A stretch of 64,000 nt of DNA, from the NCBI RefSeq assembly GCF_037042905.1, contig NC_087250.1, positions 22,878,001-22,942,000 of the forward strand, written 5' to 3'. This stretch comes from Lytechinus pictus. Taxonomy: Eukaryota. Position 1 is the first letter of the stretch, and each line of letters begins with the position of its first letter. The notes under the pieces are model-generated. The model saw only the letters and a list, made by a program, of their open reading frames with translations, had not been told where the DNA came from and searched no databases. Made by a program: the position numbers and the translations under genes. Shown one piece after another: positions 36,943-50,816 of this stretch.

Positions 36943-37185
36943 CACTCTAAATTACAGGGATTTAAAATTAGTCCACATGGACTGTAGTTAGGGACCAATC
37001 GAATTCCGGATTTAATTGAATCCTTCAGATTCCTTTTTTAAATCTCGAAAGATTTAAATTTAATTTAAATTTAAATCATTTGAGATTTAAATTTAAGTCT
37101 TTAGGATTAAAACAAAATCCAGAAATCGATTGGTCCCTAACTACAATCCATCTAGACTTATTTTAAATCCCTGTAATTTAGAGTG
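36943..37185. mobile_element. Palindromic MITE with CACTCT...AGAGTG ends
   Basis: TIR CACTCTAAATTACAGGGATTTAAAAT; empty site at ~54078. Confidence 0.82.
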
Positions 37186-37508
37186 CGCACTCACACTTCT
37201 GATATGCAGACAAGACATGCCAGTGGGCGTTCCTCTTTATCATAACATAATTATTTTTCTAGGCTGTTTATTTTGTTCATATCGGATCATATCAGTTCAT
37301 GCCATGGCAAATTCATTTATCTGTGACTATTACAACTTTTGATCTTTCATATCTAATATCATAGATAATACAAACATTGTAAAACAGAGATAAGAAATTC
37401 AAGAGGGGGCCATATATATATACATAAGGGTTAGTCATACATTATGAAATAGCTATCTTGTTGATTTATTACTATCACATAGTGAATCTAGACCAGGGGC
37501 CCAACTAA

Positions 37509-37887
37509 TACCCCTTTCATAAACCCAATTATGCGGCTAATAGCAGCATAATGTGGTCGTAAAATTGGAGGAGGACCAGAGTTATCCGCATTATTTTGAT
37601 GCTGCAATTATCCGACTAATAGCAGCATCGGGACAAGATTTTGAGTTTATGAACGCATTTCCAAATAATGCGGATAATTGCCATGCGGCGGTCACAAGGT
37701 CACCTTTTTCCACACAACCACATTGGAGGGGGCGTGTCCAGTTGTCATGACGATTATCCGACTTTTTCAGGACGGGGGCTCGTAAAAATAATGCGGATAA
37801 TTTTCGTAGTTTGTGAACACAATTTTTATTGAATTATCCGCATTACTATTAGGCGGCTAATTGGAGGATAGGTTTATGAAAGGGGTA
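37509..37887. mobile_element. Harbinger-like MITE, TAA TSD; shared with 54383-54733
   Basis: TAA|TACCCCTTTCATAAACC...GGTTTATGAAAGGGGTA|TAA; empty sites at ~28152, ~45004, ~60773. Confidence 0.88.
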
Positions 37888-39409
37888 TAAGACACCTTGA
37901 TGTGGGGGGGGGGTGGGGCAGATCAATGACTTAAATCTCACATGACTTGTTTCTCTCTACTGAGTGACATAACCTAAGAAAAACATTACTCTTTATTTCA
38001 TCTTCTTAATTCCTCTTCCTACTTTCTTTTCCTGAATTTTTCCCTACCTAAAATCACAAGAATGAGAACGCAAGAATATACAGGTAGAAGTTGAATGAGA
38101 TTTGCAAAACATGTCTGAAGAATGCCATCAGTGTACGTTGATTTGAAACAGCAATGACTCAGCAACCAAATGGAAGAAGGAACATTGGCTGTCCCAAGCA
38201 CACCTGGCAACTTACTTTTTTTCAAACTTAGAGTTTGCCATAAACTTAATACCAATCTGATGGGAGGTTAAATTTAGTGGTTGCAAATAAGTACCAAGGT
38301 GACCCTAGCTTGCTGCCTAATGCACTGCACAGGAAGAACCAAGTGGTGAGAATTTTACAAAGAGTGTTTTTTTCCGCTGATATTCCCCTCTCACCCGCCA
38401 GTGCATGTCGCCTACCCGGGTCCAAAGTACGAAGTATCACTATTCATAACAATAGTTAATTCATGTTCTGATATGAATGACATTTGCTCATTAATAATAC
38501 ATCACATATTTTATTGCTCTGATCAGATAAAGACAGCTATAACTGCTGTTTTCAGATACAGCCATTTTCTGTTACTAACAAATTGTGCTCTGAATCTGCA
38601 GTTTTTCATATGAAGTCAAGGTTGCTTTACAACTCAGATTTCAAATGATTGTGAACAGGTAATGTAACTTGCATTACTTCAAATAATCCATCTTAAAGTA
38701 GTCATTTGTAATTATAAGGGGATGGGGGAAGTGACTACCATATATGCTGAAACCATTGAATAATGAGTTTATTTGTGGAACGGTTGGCATATTTTAATAT
38801 TGAGGCAATTTTGTGATTGATTTGTTTACCATCTGAATTTGAAATTCCATTTTCCCAAGTTTCTCCATAACATTCCTGATATATGTGGCACAATGTAATT
38901 GAGGTCCGAATGTGTACGGGAGTGAGCGGATCAAATGATATCCTATTTCTATATCACAAAAATCACTGCTCCAAATATAAAGCATTTGATTGAAAGGCAT
39001 ATGGTGAAACAGGGAATCAGCCAACTAAAATAAAGACCAGGGGAAAAGTTCCTTCTGTGATCAGAAACACGTTGATGATTATGTTATTGCTATTGTTACA
39101 ACACCGTGTTCTCATTAAGATGCACAAAACCAGGTGACTATCATTGGATCAAAGAAATGCTCGCGTTTATCGTCCATCTCTTAGGTCCATGCTTACACCC
39201 AAGGTACATTAGCTGAAGAACATTAATATTTTTTTTCATTATTGAGTTTAGCTTTTGCATTAATGTTGACATATGAGAAGGTCCAAGTCTACATAATTTA
39301 TTTTCCACCATTGAAACTGATTTTGATTCCATTTATTTTTAAAGCTTCTTCCTGCTTCTTACAGGTTTCCTCTATCAACCAGAGCTTAACAATCTTCAGA
39401 CATTACATC

Positions 39410-41068
39410 ATGGCGGCAAGATTTCCTGAAGGAAACCAAGTTCAGCTCCGACCTCGAAAAGGTCATGACATGAAATGGTCATGTGACAAGCATGGTGAGC
39501 CAATCGCATTTTACTGTAAGAAACACGGACTACCCGTATGTGATCGATGCGCTATCAAAGAACATTGCCAAAAACCATGTGAGCTAGACGATATCGAGGA
39601 TGTCATCTTTGAGAGGAGAAAAAAACTGGATGAGAAACGGCCAAAAATACAGGAACTTCAGAAACAAATGAAAGCCGTAAATTTAAAAATAAAGACAGCT
39701 TTAGCTTTCAGTGATACTAATCTACAGACAATAAACAACAACATTCAAGCATCGTATCACAACGAGATCAAATCTGTTAAGGAAAAGGAGGACAGAATGA
39801 TTAGGGTGATTAACGAGGAGGCAGATGAGGAAATAAGACTCGTTAATGAGAAGAGAGAAAAACGGATCAAGGACTGCCACATCGAGATAGAAAAGGAGCA
39901 AAAAATCATTAAAGACAAAGAAGCAAAACTTCTATCAGATGCAAAAACAATCACCAAAATCGTTTCTAAGAAGATCAAAGATCTAACTATTAAGAGTCAG
40001 CATGTCATAAACACTATTAAGAATATTGAATCCAACATCACACGTATAAACCAACATGATGAAACATTGGTGAATGAAGCTCCTCAAGTACTTGCATCTA
40101 TTGATGAAAATCTAAGTTTGAATGTTCATCAAAATGTGAGCGACTGTCTTGACCGAATAGAGAGTGAAGTTGAGAGAGTGAAGTTTGTAGAGGGGGAAGC
40201 AGGTGGAGAATACTATAGTAGAATTGATGGGTATATCGGTAAATGGGAACTTGCCAGGTCAATCCACATTCCATCGGTTGTTAATAAGCCGTGCGTGTGT
40301 AGTTTGTTCAGTGAGGATGAGATATGTGTGCAAGACAGAGGTAACAATGACATGTATGTTACAAACATTAACACTCAACACACAGAGAAAGTCATTGATG
40401 AAGGTGTGTTGATTACATCATGTGCGCCCATAGACAGTAACGTAATAGTATGTGGTAAGGATAGCGATGATTGCATGGGTGACAGGTTGGATGGATGCAT
40501 CACTCTCTATGACAGACAATGGAAGGTGATTAGAGACATCACCATACCAAGGAATGAAGACGGTTTAAGTGTGTATGTGTATGTTGATGTTGACAGGGAT
40601 GGGATGATCATCGCTGCTCAGGACGATCAGTCTAATATCTACGTTATCAATCCTGCTAATGATAAGATAGTAAACACTATTACGATGCAGGGTAAGGAGG
40701 TGTGGGATGGGATACAAGCCTTGTCATCAGGTGATATCGTTGTGACGACAGATGATAATGAATACACTGTCATCTCACGATCAGGAGAAGAGAAGGCTGT
40801 CATACACTGTGATGAGTGGGGTCTGTCAGAGTGTCGCGTTGACAAACTGACAGACACACTCTACATCGCGTATTGGGATAGAGAGCGTAATACCTACGCA
40901 GTTGATCAGGTGTCACGTGATGGTATCATCCAGGCAAGGAGGATCATGGAATATGTGGAATCAGATCGCCATAGCTTCATTAGCCCTTGTCTTGTTACTC
41001 CTTCTGGTAACCTCGTAGGATGTGATGGAGACAAACTTCATCTTTACAAGAAGACATTCGTCTTGTAA
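39410..41068 (+). CDS. RING-less TRIM-like protein copy 2, 552 aa
   Basis: Paralog of copy 1. Start placed at the shared MAARFPEG ATG. The ORF-track extension from 39242 crosses a polypyrimidine/cag acceptor at 39364. Confidence 0.88.
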   Translation: MAARFPEGNQVQLRPRKGHDMKWSCDKHGEPIAFYCKKHGLPVCDRCAIKEHCQKPCELDDIEDVIFERRKKLDEKRPKIQELQKQMKAVNLKIKTALAFSDTNLQTINNNIQASYHNEIKSVKEKEDRMIRVINEEADEEIRLVNEKREKRIKDCHIEIEKEQKIIKDKEAKLLSDAKTITKIVSKKIKDLTIKSQHVINTIKNIESNITRINQHDETLVNEAPQVLASIDENLSLNVHQNVSDCLDRIESEVERVKFVEGEAGGEYYSRIDGYIGKWELARSIHIPSVVNKPCVCSLFSEDEICVQDRGNNDMYVTNINTQHTEKVIDEGVLITSCAPIDSNVIVCGKDSDDCMGDRLDGCITLYDRQWKVIRDITIPRNEDGLSVYVYVDVDRDGMIIAAQDDQSNIYVINPANDKIVNTITMQGKEVWDGIQALSSGDIVVTTDDNEYTVISRSGEEKAVIHCDEWGLSECRVDKLTDTLYIAYWDRERNTYAVDQVSRDGIIQARRIMEYVESDRHSFISPCLVTPSGNLVGCDGDKLHLYKKTFVL

Positions 41069-41665
41069 ATCATCAAGAATCTCACTCAGCATAGTCTCCA
41101 GGGGCAGACCCTGATTGAAACTTTGATTAACAAGTGTGTCTCCACACAAAGACTAGCATATACAAAACTTCGATGGCCTTGAGGTGGCTGCACATTCAGA
41201 CCATAATCTCGAGTGAAGGGTTTGCACGGCAGACTAATCTAAATGAGTGATAATGTTTTTTTAAGAACATTTCAGAGCAATGTTTTGCTACATTTCCATT
41301 TGTGTTCAACTTCAATCTGCCACCCCTTATACCCATTGGGGCAGTTTCATAACTTGTTATAGTCACAATCCGTAGTTAAAAGCTACTGAAATAATTCAAT
41401 TTGATTGGATCATAGTAACCTTCAGATAGAAATCATTATAACAAGTCCTTATAAAACATAACTTGTTATAGTAACAATCAATAGTTAAAAGCTACTGAAA
41501 TAATTCAATTTGATTGGATCATAGTAACCTTCAGATAGAAATTGTTATTATAACAAGTCTTTATATAACAGGACCATGGAGACATTCATGTTTGATACAA
41601 TGGTCATGCCTATGTGTTATTAAATTCAAAGTAATGTATTTGAACGACGATTATTTTTAAGTTAA

Positions 41666-42249
41666 AGGAGAATGAAACTCTTGGAGCAAGTTAACTTTTG
41701 TGAAAGCAGAAAAATCAAAGAATAAGATCAACAAAAGTTTGAGTAAAATAGGACTAGTAATAGAAGAGTTATGAGCATTTGAATGTCGAGATCACTAATG
41801 CTATGGAGATCCTCCCATTGGCAACGCAACCATGATCTATGATATCACAGATGAACAACTCTCCCCTTTTGGACACTGAAAATATACCCCAAAACATCTC
41901 TTTTTGCTCTTTCTAATCATATGACAAACGATTCATCAATGATATAATGTTGTGAAACCTCTGTACTTGTCCTCTCATAAAGAGAACACCTCACCTTGTG
42001 ATAGACTCTATAAAAGTGAGAATATAAGTGAAATAAGTACTAAAGTAATGAGGGAGTTGTACGTGTGTGACATCACAGATCTTGGTCGCATTGCCAATAG
42101 AAGGATCTACATGGCATTAGTGATCTCAATATTCAAATGCTCATAACTTTCTTATTATTCATTCAATCTTCCTCAAATTTTCAACAATATGTTTCTTTGA
42201 TTTTTCTCTTTGATATGGATTCAGCTGGTTTCAAGGGTTTCATTCTCCT
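41666..42249. mobile_element. Kolobok-like non-autonomous element, unit-2 specific
   Basis: TTAA|AGGAGAATGAAAC...GTTTCATTCTCCT|TTAA; empty agTTAAca at 34401, 51781, 58501. Confidence 0.88.
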
Positions 42250-43786
42250 TTAACAATTCAATGCTTGTGTGTTCATACATGTATTATGCTGGTAAAAGTC
42301 TAGACATTCTTTATTCAAGAATGATATCATTGAAATTTGAATCTTCTTTCTTTCAAGTCCCTTCTCTATGTTTTGACAATAAAATCATTCATATTTTGAC
42401 CAATTAAACTTTGACAGAATATGATTTTAAAAAATCATAAAGAGTTCGAATTTTCATTTTAACCGAATTTAAATGATATTATCATCCCACATTCCTCCGA
42501 AAGTTTACAATGCCCTAACCAAACAGATTACTCATTTCAAGAATTAAAAATTCATACTATTAAATTGAAATATATTTAGCTTTGTTTTGTATATAAATCT
42601 GTCAGTAGGTTCGTCATTGTATATATATATCACATTTAAATATTTTTTTTTTGCAAGCATACATGCATATCCTCATCATTGCTTACCTTAAAATAATGTT
42701 TCAATAATTTATCCTGTTTATTTTCCCAAGCTTTTTGTTTGATCTTATCTTTCACCTCTGTATTAAAGAAGCTTTCCAATCTTATCTTTATAAAACCAAT
42801 TCATATATAGTATATCAAATTTTTGTAAAAAGTGCAAATTTCTTTTATAATATAAAGTGCAGTATACATGTATAATGATATGATATTTAAAGATCATCTA
42901 TTTGGGTTAATACATGTACGATAGAAGTTTAGTAGAAAGTAGAATTGAGTCTTACAAATGATGTTATATTCTTTTGTAACATGTTTTCATTAAATTTAGT
43001 CTAGGAATTGTAGTCCTTGATGTAAGATAATAAAATGATATGGTTGTATTTGATCTTTACACCTTCAGGAGGATTGAAAGAATTGTAACATATGAATCAG
43101 AGCAAACATTGTCGGGTGTAAATCAAGAGGAAAGAAATAGATATCTTTATGCTGGAATAAAATGGTGATAGCCATGAAAGACAAGAAAAATTCAATCATG
43201 TATATAAAATATGCGAAAGATTGGTCAATCAACTACCAGTTGTAAACACATTATTGATCTAAATCTATCAATCATTTTGAATAAATGTTGTAAATGATCA
43301 ATATCATTCATTATGGTTGCATGTGAAATTTGTAGGAATTTCAATCAAAAGATCATTATGGTGATAGGGAGAGACAGTTTTTAAATTCTCTACAAGGAAT
43401 ATCAATCTAATGTATAATCAAGTAATTTTGTCAGCCTAAATGCTATTCAAATGAGAAACCTAAACATATAAAATATATAATTGTTTCATCTGCAGTTCTT
43501 TTGTTGACTCTACAATCTATGAAGGGCTGGTTAAAAATGACAGAATGATGCTGAGAGATAGAAGAGAAGACAAAGAGAGAGGGAGAGAGAAAGAAAGAGG
43601 GAAAAAGAGAGAGAAAGAGTTAGTGATAAATGGATAGAGAAAGACAGGAGGAAGAAAGAGAGCACTTGGGAGAATAAGGATGATGAGTGTCTCCACACAA
43701 AGACTAGCACATACAAAACTTGCTGTTTCAATTCCTGAGCGAGAGGGCCTTCAGTACACAAGGTATGAGAAGGCTGCATACACAAA

Positions 43787-44264
43787 AGGTGGTTTCAGAC
43801 CGCCTCGAAGTTCGCTAGTTCCAGGTATTCTCTGATCGGGAAATTTACCCCGATCAGAAAATACCAGGTATTTTGGCGGTGTGAAAGCAAACTACGCGTA
43901 ATATCCCCGAAAGAAAATACCAGATAAATAGTAGGTACTTGGCAAAATTACGAGAACTTTCGCGGGGATTTTTCCAAGGTCGTGGGTATTTTGGCGGTCT
44001 GAAAGCAAATTACGGGAACTTTTAGCCCAGCGTGTCGTTGGGTGCGGCGCCGTGCATGGGTTGCTGCTGGGCTAGTGATTTTGAATTTCGCGCCTTGCTG
44101 CTTATCAGACCATACTGCGCATGCTCGTAACTTCAGGAACTTATCCCGAAGGGTATGTTTCAGGGCGGTGTGAATGCAGGAATAATTAATGGGTATTTTT
44201 CAGCCTAAAAAAGTTCTCGTAATTTAACGGGGATTCTTGTGATCGAGGCGGTTTGAAACCACCT
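43787..44264. mobile_element. MITE inserted in the GA tract
   Basis: TIR AGGTGGTTTCAGACCGCCTCGA / TCGAGGCGGTTTGAAACCACCT; empty site cacaaagagaga at ~36200 and ~60028. Confidence 0.85.
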
Positions 44265-45336
44265 AGAGAGAGAGAGAGAGAGTTTGTGATAAATGGATAG
44301 AGAAAGACAGGAGGAAGAAAGAGAGTGGGAGAATAAGGATAATGTTGAGACGAAAAAAGACAAGATGAAGAGAAAAAGAAAGACAGAGAAAGAGATAGAG
44401 AAAGGTAGTGATAAATGGATAGAGAAAGACAGGAGGAAGAAAGAGTGGGAGAATAAGGATGATGTTGAGAGACAAAAAAAAAAGATGAAGAGAGATGGAG
44501 AGGGAAAGAGAAAGAGTAAAACACAAGAAGGGGAATTAAGACATAGAAAAAACATAAAGATAAGGGGATAAAGAAGTTAGAGAAAAAGAAGAGAAGAAAT
44601 TGAACTGATTGTACACTAAAAATTACTATCAACGCCTTATTCACTTGACTGAATGTTTGTTTACTTTCAAGCATCACTAAGCCAACATTGATTTTATATG
44701 TAGACAAGACATGCCAGTGGACGTTCCTCTTTATTAATATAACATAATAATTATTTTTCAAGGCTGTTCATTTTTTTCATATCGGATCATATCAGTTCAT
44801 GCCATGGTAATTTCATTTACCTGTGACTATTACAACTTTTGATCTTTCATATCTAATATCATAGATAATACAAACATTGTAAAACAGATATAAGTAATTC
44901 AAGAGGGGACCATATATATACATAAGGGTTTGTCATACATTATGAAATAGCTATCTTGTTGATTTATTACTATCATATAGTGAATCTAGACCAGGGGCCC
45001 AACTAAGATACCTTGATGTGGGGGGGGGGGGGCAGATCAATGACTTAAATCTCACATCACTCTCTACTGAGTGACATAACCTAAGCAAATCATTACTCTT
45101 TCTTTACTTAATCTTTTTTTCATCATCTTAATTCCTCTTCCTCCTTTCTTTTCCTGAATTTTTCCCTACCTAAAATCACAAGAATATACAGATAGAAGTT
45201 GGATGAAATTTGCAAAACATGTCTTAAGAATGCCATCAGTATATGCTCAATTGAAACAGCAATGACTTGGCAACCAAATGGAAGAAGGAACATTGGCTGT
45301 CCCAAGCACACCTGGCGGACTTTCCTGAAAGACATA

Positions 45337-45857
45337 GGCTGCGTTTATCCGACCTCAAGCCAGAATCGTGATTTGAATCATGATTGGAATCATGATTCAA
45401 ATCACAAACATGAATCACAATTACTACAGAATCAGGGTTTAGACGACCTTCGTTCCAACGCTGTTTCTCCTCGGATTCGGACCGATCCAGTGCGCATCAC
45501 AGTGCGCAGTTTGACCCAGGAAGTATAGGTCAACGTTGGACACTTAATTGGAGGTCGGCGACGTACATGTGATGTGACAACGTGGGGCGCGCGCCTTGGC
45601 AAGAACCGGAAATAGCTCGACACAATGACGTCATACAATCATGATTCAAATCACGATATCGTTTATCCGAACATTTTCGTACGTGATTCTGCAGAAACGT
45701 CTTTCCAAACGCCCTTTTTTTCGTAGTTCATGTTTGTGATTCTAATCATGATTATATTCAATTTCGACTAAACGCAATCGTGATTCTGCAGAATCGTGAT
45801 TTGAATCATGATTGGAATCATGATTATAGGGTAAAAAAGTGGCGGATAAACGCACCC
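45337..45857. mobile_element. Harbinger-like MITE inserted in the RTE remnant
   Basis: GGCTGCGTTTATCCG...CGGATAAACGCACCC with (A/T)TA TSD; empty site gacTTAgag at ~61660. Confidence 0.85.
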
Positions 45858-46293
45858 TTAGAGTTGGCCTATAACCTTGATAACAATCTACTTAAATTTA
45901 GTGGTTGCAAAACTCAAAAGTGACGACAGCTTCCTGCCTAATGCACTACACAGGAAGAAGCCTACCCCGGTCTAAAGTATCACTATTCATAACAGTGGTA
46001 TAACTCATGTCCTGATATGAATGATATTTCCTCATCAATATTACATCACATATTAATATTGCTCTGATCAGATAACGACTGCTGTAGATGCTGTTAAAAT
46101 CTTCAGATACAGCCATATTCTGGTACTGACAAATTGTGCTCTAACTCTGCAGTTTTTCATTTGAATTCTAGATTGCTTTACAACTCAGATTTCAAATGAT
46201 TGTGAACAGGTAATTTAACTTCTATAACTTTAAATAATCAATCTTAATAGTAATTTGTAATTATAAGGGGATGGGGGAAATTATTAGGATATA

Positions 46294-47386
46294 CAGTGCA
46301 AGCCAAACAGTGCCTTTAAGAAAAAAGGTAATCTAAATCTAGAGGGCTGATATTCCGATCATATTTAATTTTGTGTAATTATCTTCATGGATATAAATGA
46401 GAAACTCATCAGCTTTCCATTGATACCATATTTGTACCATTTATGCCACGGATGACCGAATCAATCGCTGTTGAAGACAACAGGTCCAGAGACCACTTTT
46501 TCCAAGTTTTGGTAAAGCGGGTAAAATGTGCACTTGATAAAATAATGTTTTCCAAAGTAATTTTTGGAATGAAGTGTTACTTGAGGTATTTTTCTGAAAT
46601 GATGAGTGAAAAATTGATGTCTTATCATGGACCTGGTCTGATTGACCCACACCTTCAATATGTCCTCCTCTCCTTTAAAAACAAAGCCAGAAGCGTGGAA
46701 GAATATCTTGGACAGCTCGTCTCACCAGTGGCAATGCCAGATCATTGTGCAAAACATCCACCTCATATCGAATTCGGCCCTGCAAGTCATCAAAATCTTG
46801 GGGAAGAGTTGCAAAAACCTTATTTTTAATTGTCCCTTAAGGAAATAATCACAGGGCGTGAGGTCAGGCAGTTTTGGTGGCCATTCAATGCCATATGGTT
46901 GAGGGCAACAACTCAATGTCCAAAGAGTTCTCTGTTTCTATCACAAATGATGCTGGAACAATGGGCAGGAGCTCCGTCCTGAATCCACCAAAGATGCCTG
47001 TACACTCCTCACAACTGTCTCTCAAAATGTTGGTCCAATTGTGGTACGATCTCCTCTATAATGGTGTGCAAGTACATTCACTTATTAATGCTCCTTTGGA
47101 AGAAAAAGGGTCCAATCAAAAGATTTTTGCCAGCTCAAGCATCAATGAAAGTATTTACATCAGCATCTGCCTTTTCATCAAGTTTACAAAAACTTGGAAA
47201 AAGTGGTCTCTGCACCTTTTGTCTTCAACCTCAACTAATTTGGTCATGCGTAGCGCAAATGGCACAAATAGGGTATCAATGGAAAGCTGATGAGTTTCTC
47301 TTTCATAATCATGCACAACAATGTCACAAAATTAAATATGCGTTGAATATAAGCCCTTTAGATTACCTTTTTTCTGAAACGCACTG
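46294..47386 (-). mobile_element. Decayed Tc1/mariner element with ~200-bp TIRs and a transposase remnant
   Basis: TA|CAGTG...CACTG|TA with long imperfect TIRs. The - strand peptide WPPKLPDLTPCDYFLKGQLK matches the WPP.SPDL.P.D.F.WG.LK transposase motif. Empty site at ~62094. Confidence 0.88.
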
Positions 47387-48334
47387 TATACTGAAACCAT
47401 AGACCTATGAAGAGATGGACATTCATCGATATTATGAATTCACCAACAGGTGACTGTTATTGTCATCTGAATAACATTCTCTTCATATTAGTCTACTTTG
47501 GTTCTATGATCGTCACCATGAGAAGGGTCAGAAGCAGTTTGTGATTGGATATTTATATTCAACAGATTGTATGCGCAGTAGATAATAAATCCCTTAAATC
47601 ATGATGTGCAGTTCTTGTTTACCTTTGGTCATCTTTGTTCCATGTGTTTATTTGGGGAATAGTCAGAATATTTTGATATTGAGGCAATTTTGGGATTGAT
47701 TTGTTTACCATTTGAATTTGAAATTCCATTTTCCCAAGTTTCTCCATAACATTCCAGATATATGTGGCACAATAAGGCATAAATTGTGTATCTTTCAAGG
47801 TTATTGAGGTCCTTATGCGTAAGCCAAAGTGAGCAGATCGAATGATATCATATATGTATATCACAAAAATCACTGCTCCAGGCATATGGTGAAACTGGGA
47901 CTCAGCCAACAAAAATCAAGACCAGGGAAACCGTTCCTTCTTAAAGTGATCAGAAACGCCTTTGTGATTATGTTATTGCTATCGCTACAACACCTGTATG
48001 TTCTCATTAAGATGCACAAATCCAGGTGACGGTTACTGTCATTGGATCAAAGAAATACTCGCGTTAATCGTCCATCTCTTAGGTCCATGCATGATGAAAC
48101 CCAATGTACATTTGCTGAAGAAGATTTTTTTTTTTATTATTGAGTTTAGCTTTTGCATTAATGTTGACGTATGTGAGAAGGTCCATGGGTAAGGTCTACA
48201 TAACTTTTTTTCCACCATTGAAAACTGATTTTGATTCCATTTATTTTTCAGCTTCTTCCTGCTTCTTATCCATCTCACATTCCTTACAGGTTTCCTCTAT
48301 CATCCAGAGCTAAACAATCTTCAGACATTACATC

Positions 48335-50816
48335 ATGGCGGCAAGATTTCCTGAAGGAAACCAAGTTCAGCTCCGACCTCGAAAAGGTCATGACATGACA
48401 TGGTCATGTGACAAGCATGGTGAGCCAATCGCATTTTACTGTAAGAAACACGGACTACCCGTATGTGATCGTTGCGCTATCAAAGAACATTGCCAAAAAC
48501 CATGTGAGCTAGACGATATCGAGGATGTCATCTTTGAGAGGAGAAAAAAACTGGATGAGAAACGACCAAAAATACAGGAACTTCAGAAAGAAATGAAAGC
48601 CGTAGATTTAAAAATAAAGACAGCTTTAGCTTTCAGTGATACTAATCTACAGACCATAAACAACAACATTCAAGCATCGTATCACAACAAGATCAAATCT
48701 GTTAAGGAAAAGGAGGACAGAATGATTAGGGTGATTAACGAGGAGGCAGATGAGGAAATAAGACTGGTAAATGAGAAGAGAGAAAAACGGATCAAGGATT
48801 GCAACAATGAGAAAGAAAAGGAGCAAAAACTCATCAAAGATAAAGAAACAAAACTTCTATCAGATGCAAAAACAATCAGCGAAATTGTTTCTAAGAAGAT
48901 CAAAGATCTAACTATTAAGAGTCAGCATGTCATAAACACTATTAAGAATATTGAATCCACCATCACACGTATAAACCAACATGATGAAACATTGGTGAAT
49001 GAAGCTCCTCAAGTACTTGCATCTATTGATGAAAATTTAAGTTTGAATGTTCATCAAGATGTCAGCGATTGTCTTGACCGAATAGAGAGTGAAGTTGAGA
49101 GAGTGAAGTTTGTAGAGGGGCAAGTAGGTGGAAAATACTATGATAGAATTGATGGGTATATTGGTAAATGGGAACTTGTCAAGTCAATCCACATTCCATC
49201 GGTAGTTAATGAGCCTTTTGTGTGTGGTCTGGTCAGTGAGGATGAGATATGTGTGCTAGACGATAACAATGCCATGTATGTTACAAACATCAACACTCAA
49301 CACACAGAGAAAGTCATTGATGTGGGTGTGTGGATTACATCATGTGTGCCCATAGACAGTAACGTAATAGTATGTGGTAAGTTGAGATGGGATTGCACCT
49401 GTGACAGGTTGGATGGATTCATCACTCTCTATGACAGACAATGGAAGGTGATTAGAGACATCAACATACCAAGGAATGGAGTTGGTTTTCGTGTGTTTCA
49501 TATCGAAAACTTGTATGCAGTGTACCGGACATGTAAAAACATAGCAGACGACGTTTGCAGACCTCGCGATCATCGTATGACTAGTGGTGCGGAATGTTCC
49601 ATTGCGGCTTTATGGGGGAAATAGCATTACAGAGGGATAAAATGTATACACAGATAATGTTTCAGCGTTGATTCGCAATATTTTGAGTCAATTTTCATAA
49701 ATTATCGTTGTTTGAACATTTAAACATCATTATAAAATGAAAGAAATAAGCAAAACTTAATTTTCAGACTTAGCTATGCAGTGGTAAGCTAGAATGCACC
49801 CCTCGTATACATAATGGACCCGTCACGAGTGTAGGTTTGCTCTTCGGACATCACTATCACAAAGAAAATCTCCTCTGATTTGATGATAAAAGTGCCCTAT
49901 TTCCTTATTAACCAATCTCCATGGTTCTTTCATGAGTATTTGCCTTACAATGTGCCCTTTATTGTAATCTAGGCGGAAATTCATGATACCACCACCTACC
50001 GATGTGACGACGGATATAATCCACCCGGGTACTATAAAAATGTCCCCCAAACCCATTATCCAATACATATTCCTGACTATGGATGGTTTCTAGTGATTTT
50101 AATGTAATAAAGTGCCATATTTCCCACCAATTGAATGTAAAAAAAATTATGGTCATCTGATAGAAGAAGTTGTTACCATTCATTTCAGGGGGGCGGAAAT
50201 TCTATCTGAATCAACGCTTGTCCTTGATACACATTTGTTTGTGAAAAAATGGTATAATGCAAATGAATTCTGCGTGTTATAAGGGTGCGCGCGTGCAGCG
50301 AGGACCTTCTGTCCGCTAGTTTTCCATATGGTGTATGTTGACAGGGATGGGATGATCATTGCTGCTCAGTCCTATCAGTCTAATATTTACGTCATCAATC
50401 CTGCTGATGGTAAGATAGTAAACACTATTACGATGCAGGGTAAGAAGGTGTGGGGTGAGATACAAGCCTTGTCATCGGGTGATATCGTTGTGAAGACAGG
50501 TTATGATAAATACACTGTTATCTCACGATCAGGAGAAGAGAAGGCTGTCATACACTGTGATGAGTGGGGATCGTCATGGTGTCGCGTTGACAAACTGACA
50601 GACACACTCTACATCGCGTACAGGGATAGAACACGTAGTACCTACGCAGTTGATCAGGTGTCACGTGATGGTATCATCCAGGCAAGGAGGATCATGGAAT
50701 ACGTGCAATCAAAGCGCTCTCCAATCACAGGCCCTTGTCTCGTTACTCCTTCTGGTAACCTTGTAGGATGTGATGGAGACAAATTTCATCTTTACAAGAA
50801 GACATTCATCTTGTAA
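48335..50816 (+). pseudogene. RING-less TRIM-like copy 3, interrupted by an ~830-bp insertion (49499-50330); both halves otherwise intact
   Basis: ORF 48335 matches the paralogs up to PRNGVGFRVF, then diverges. ORF 50328-50816 resumes at VYVDRDGMII. Removing the insert restores one frame with no other stop or frameshift. Confidence 0.82.
49499..50330. mobile_element. TIR-bearing insertion disrupting TRIM-like copy 3
   Basis: CATATCGAAAACTTG vs reverse complement of the right end CATATGGAAAACTAG (13/15); absent from paralogs; TSD ambiguous. Confidence 0.85.

Noticed and set aside
39242-39409. 56-aa hydrophobic N-terminal extension (signal or TM) on copies 2 and 4 (also 56071-56238)
   Set aside because: The ORF starts at a TTG and runs through an intronic pyrimidine tract and acceptor. 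The paralogous frame is closed by TAA in copies 1, 3 and 5.
46443-47402. Plus-strand ORFs of 113-138 aa as a host gene
   Set aside because: They lie inside a decayed Tc1/mariner element whose transposase remnant is on the - strand.
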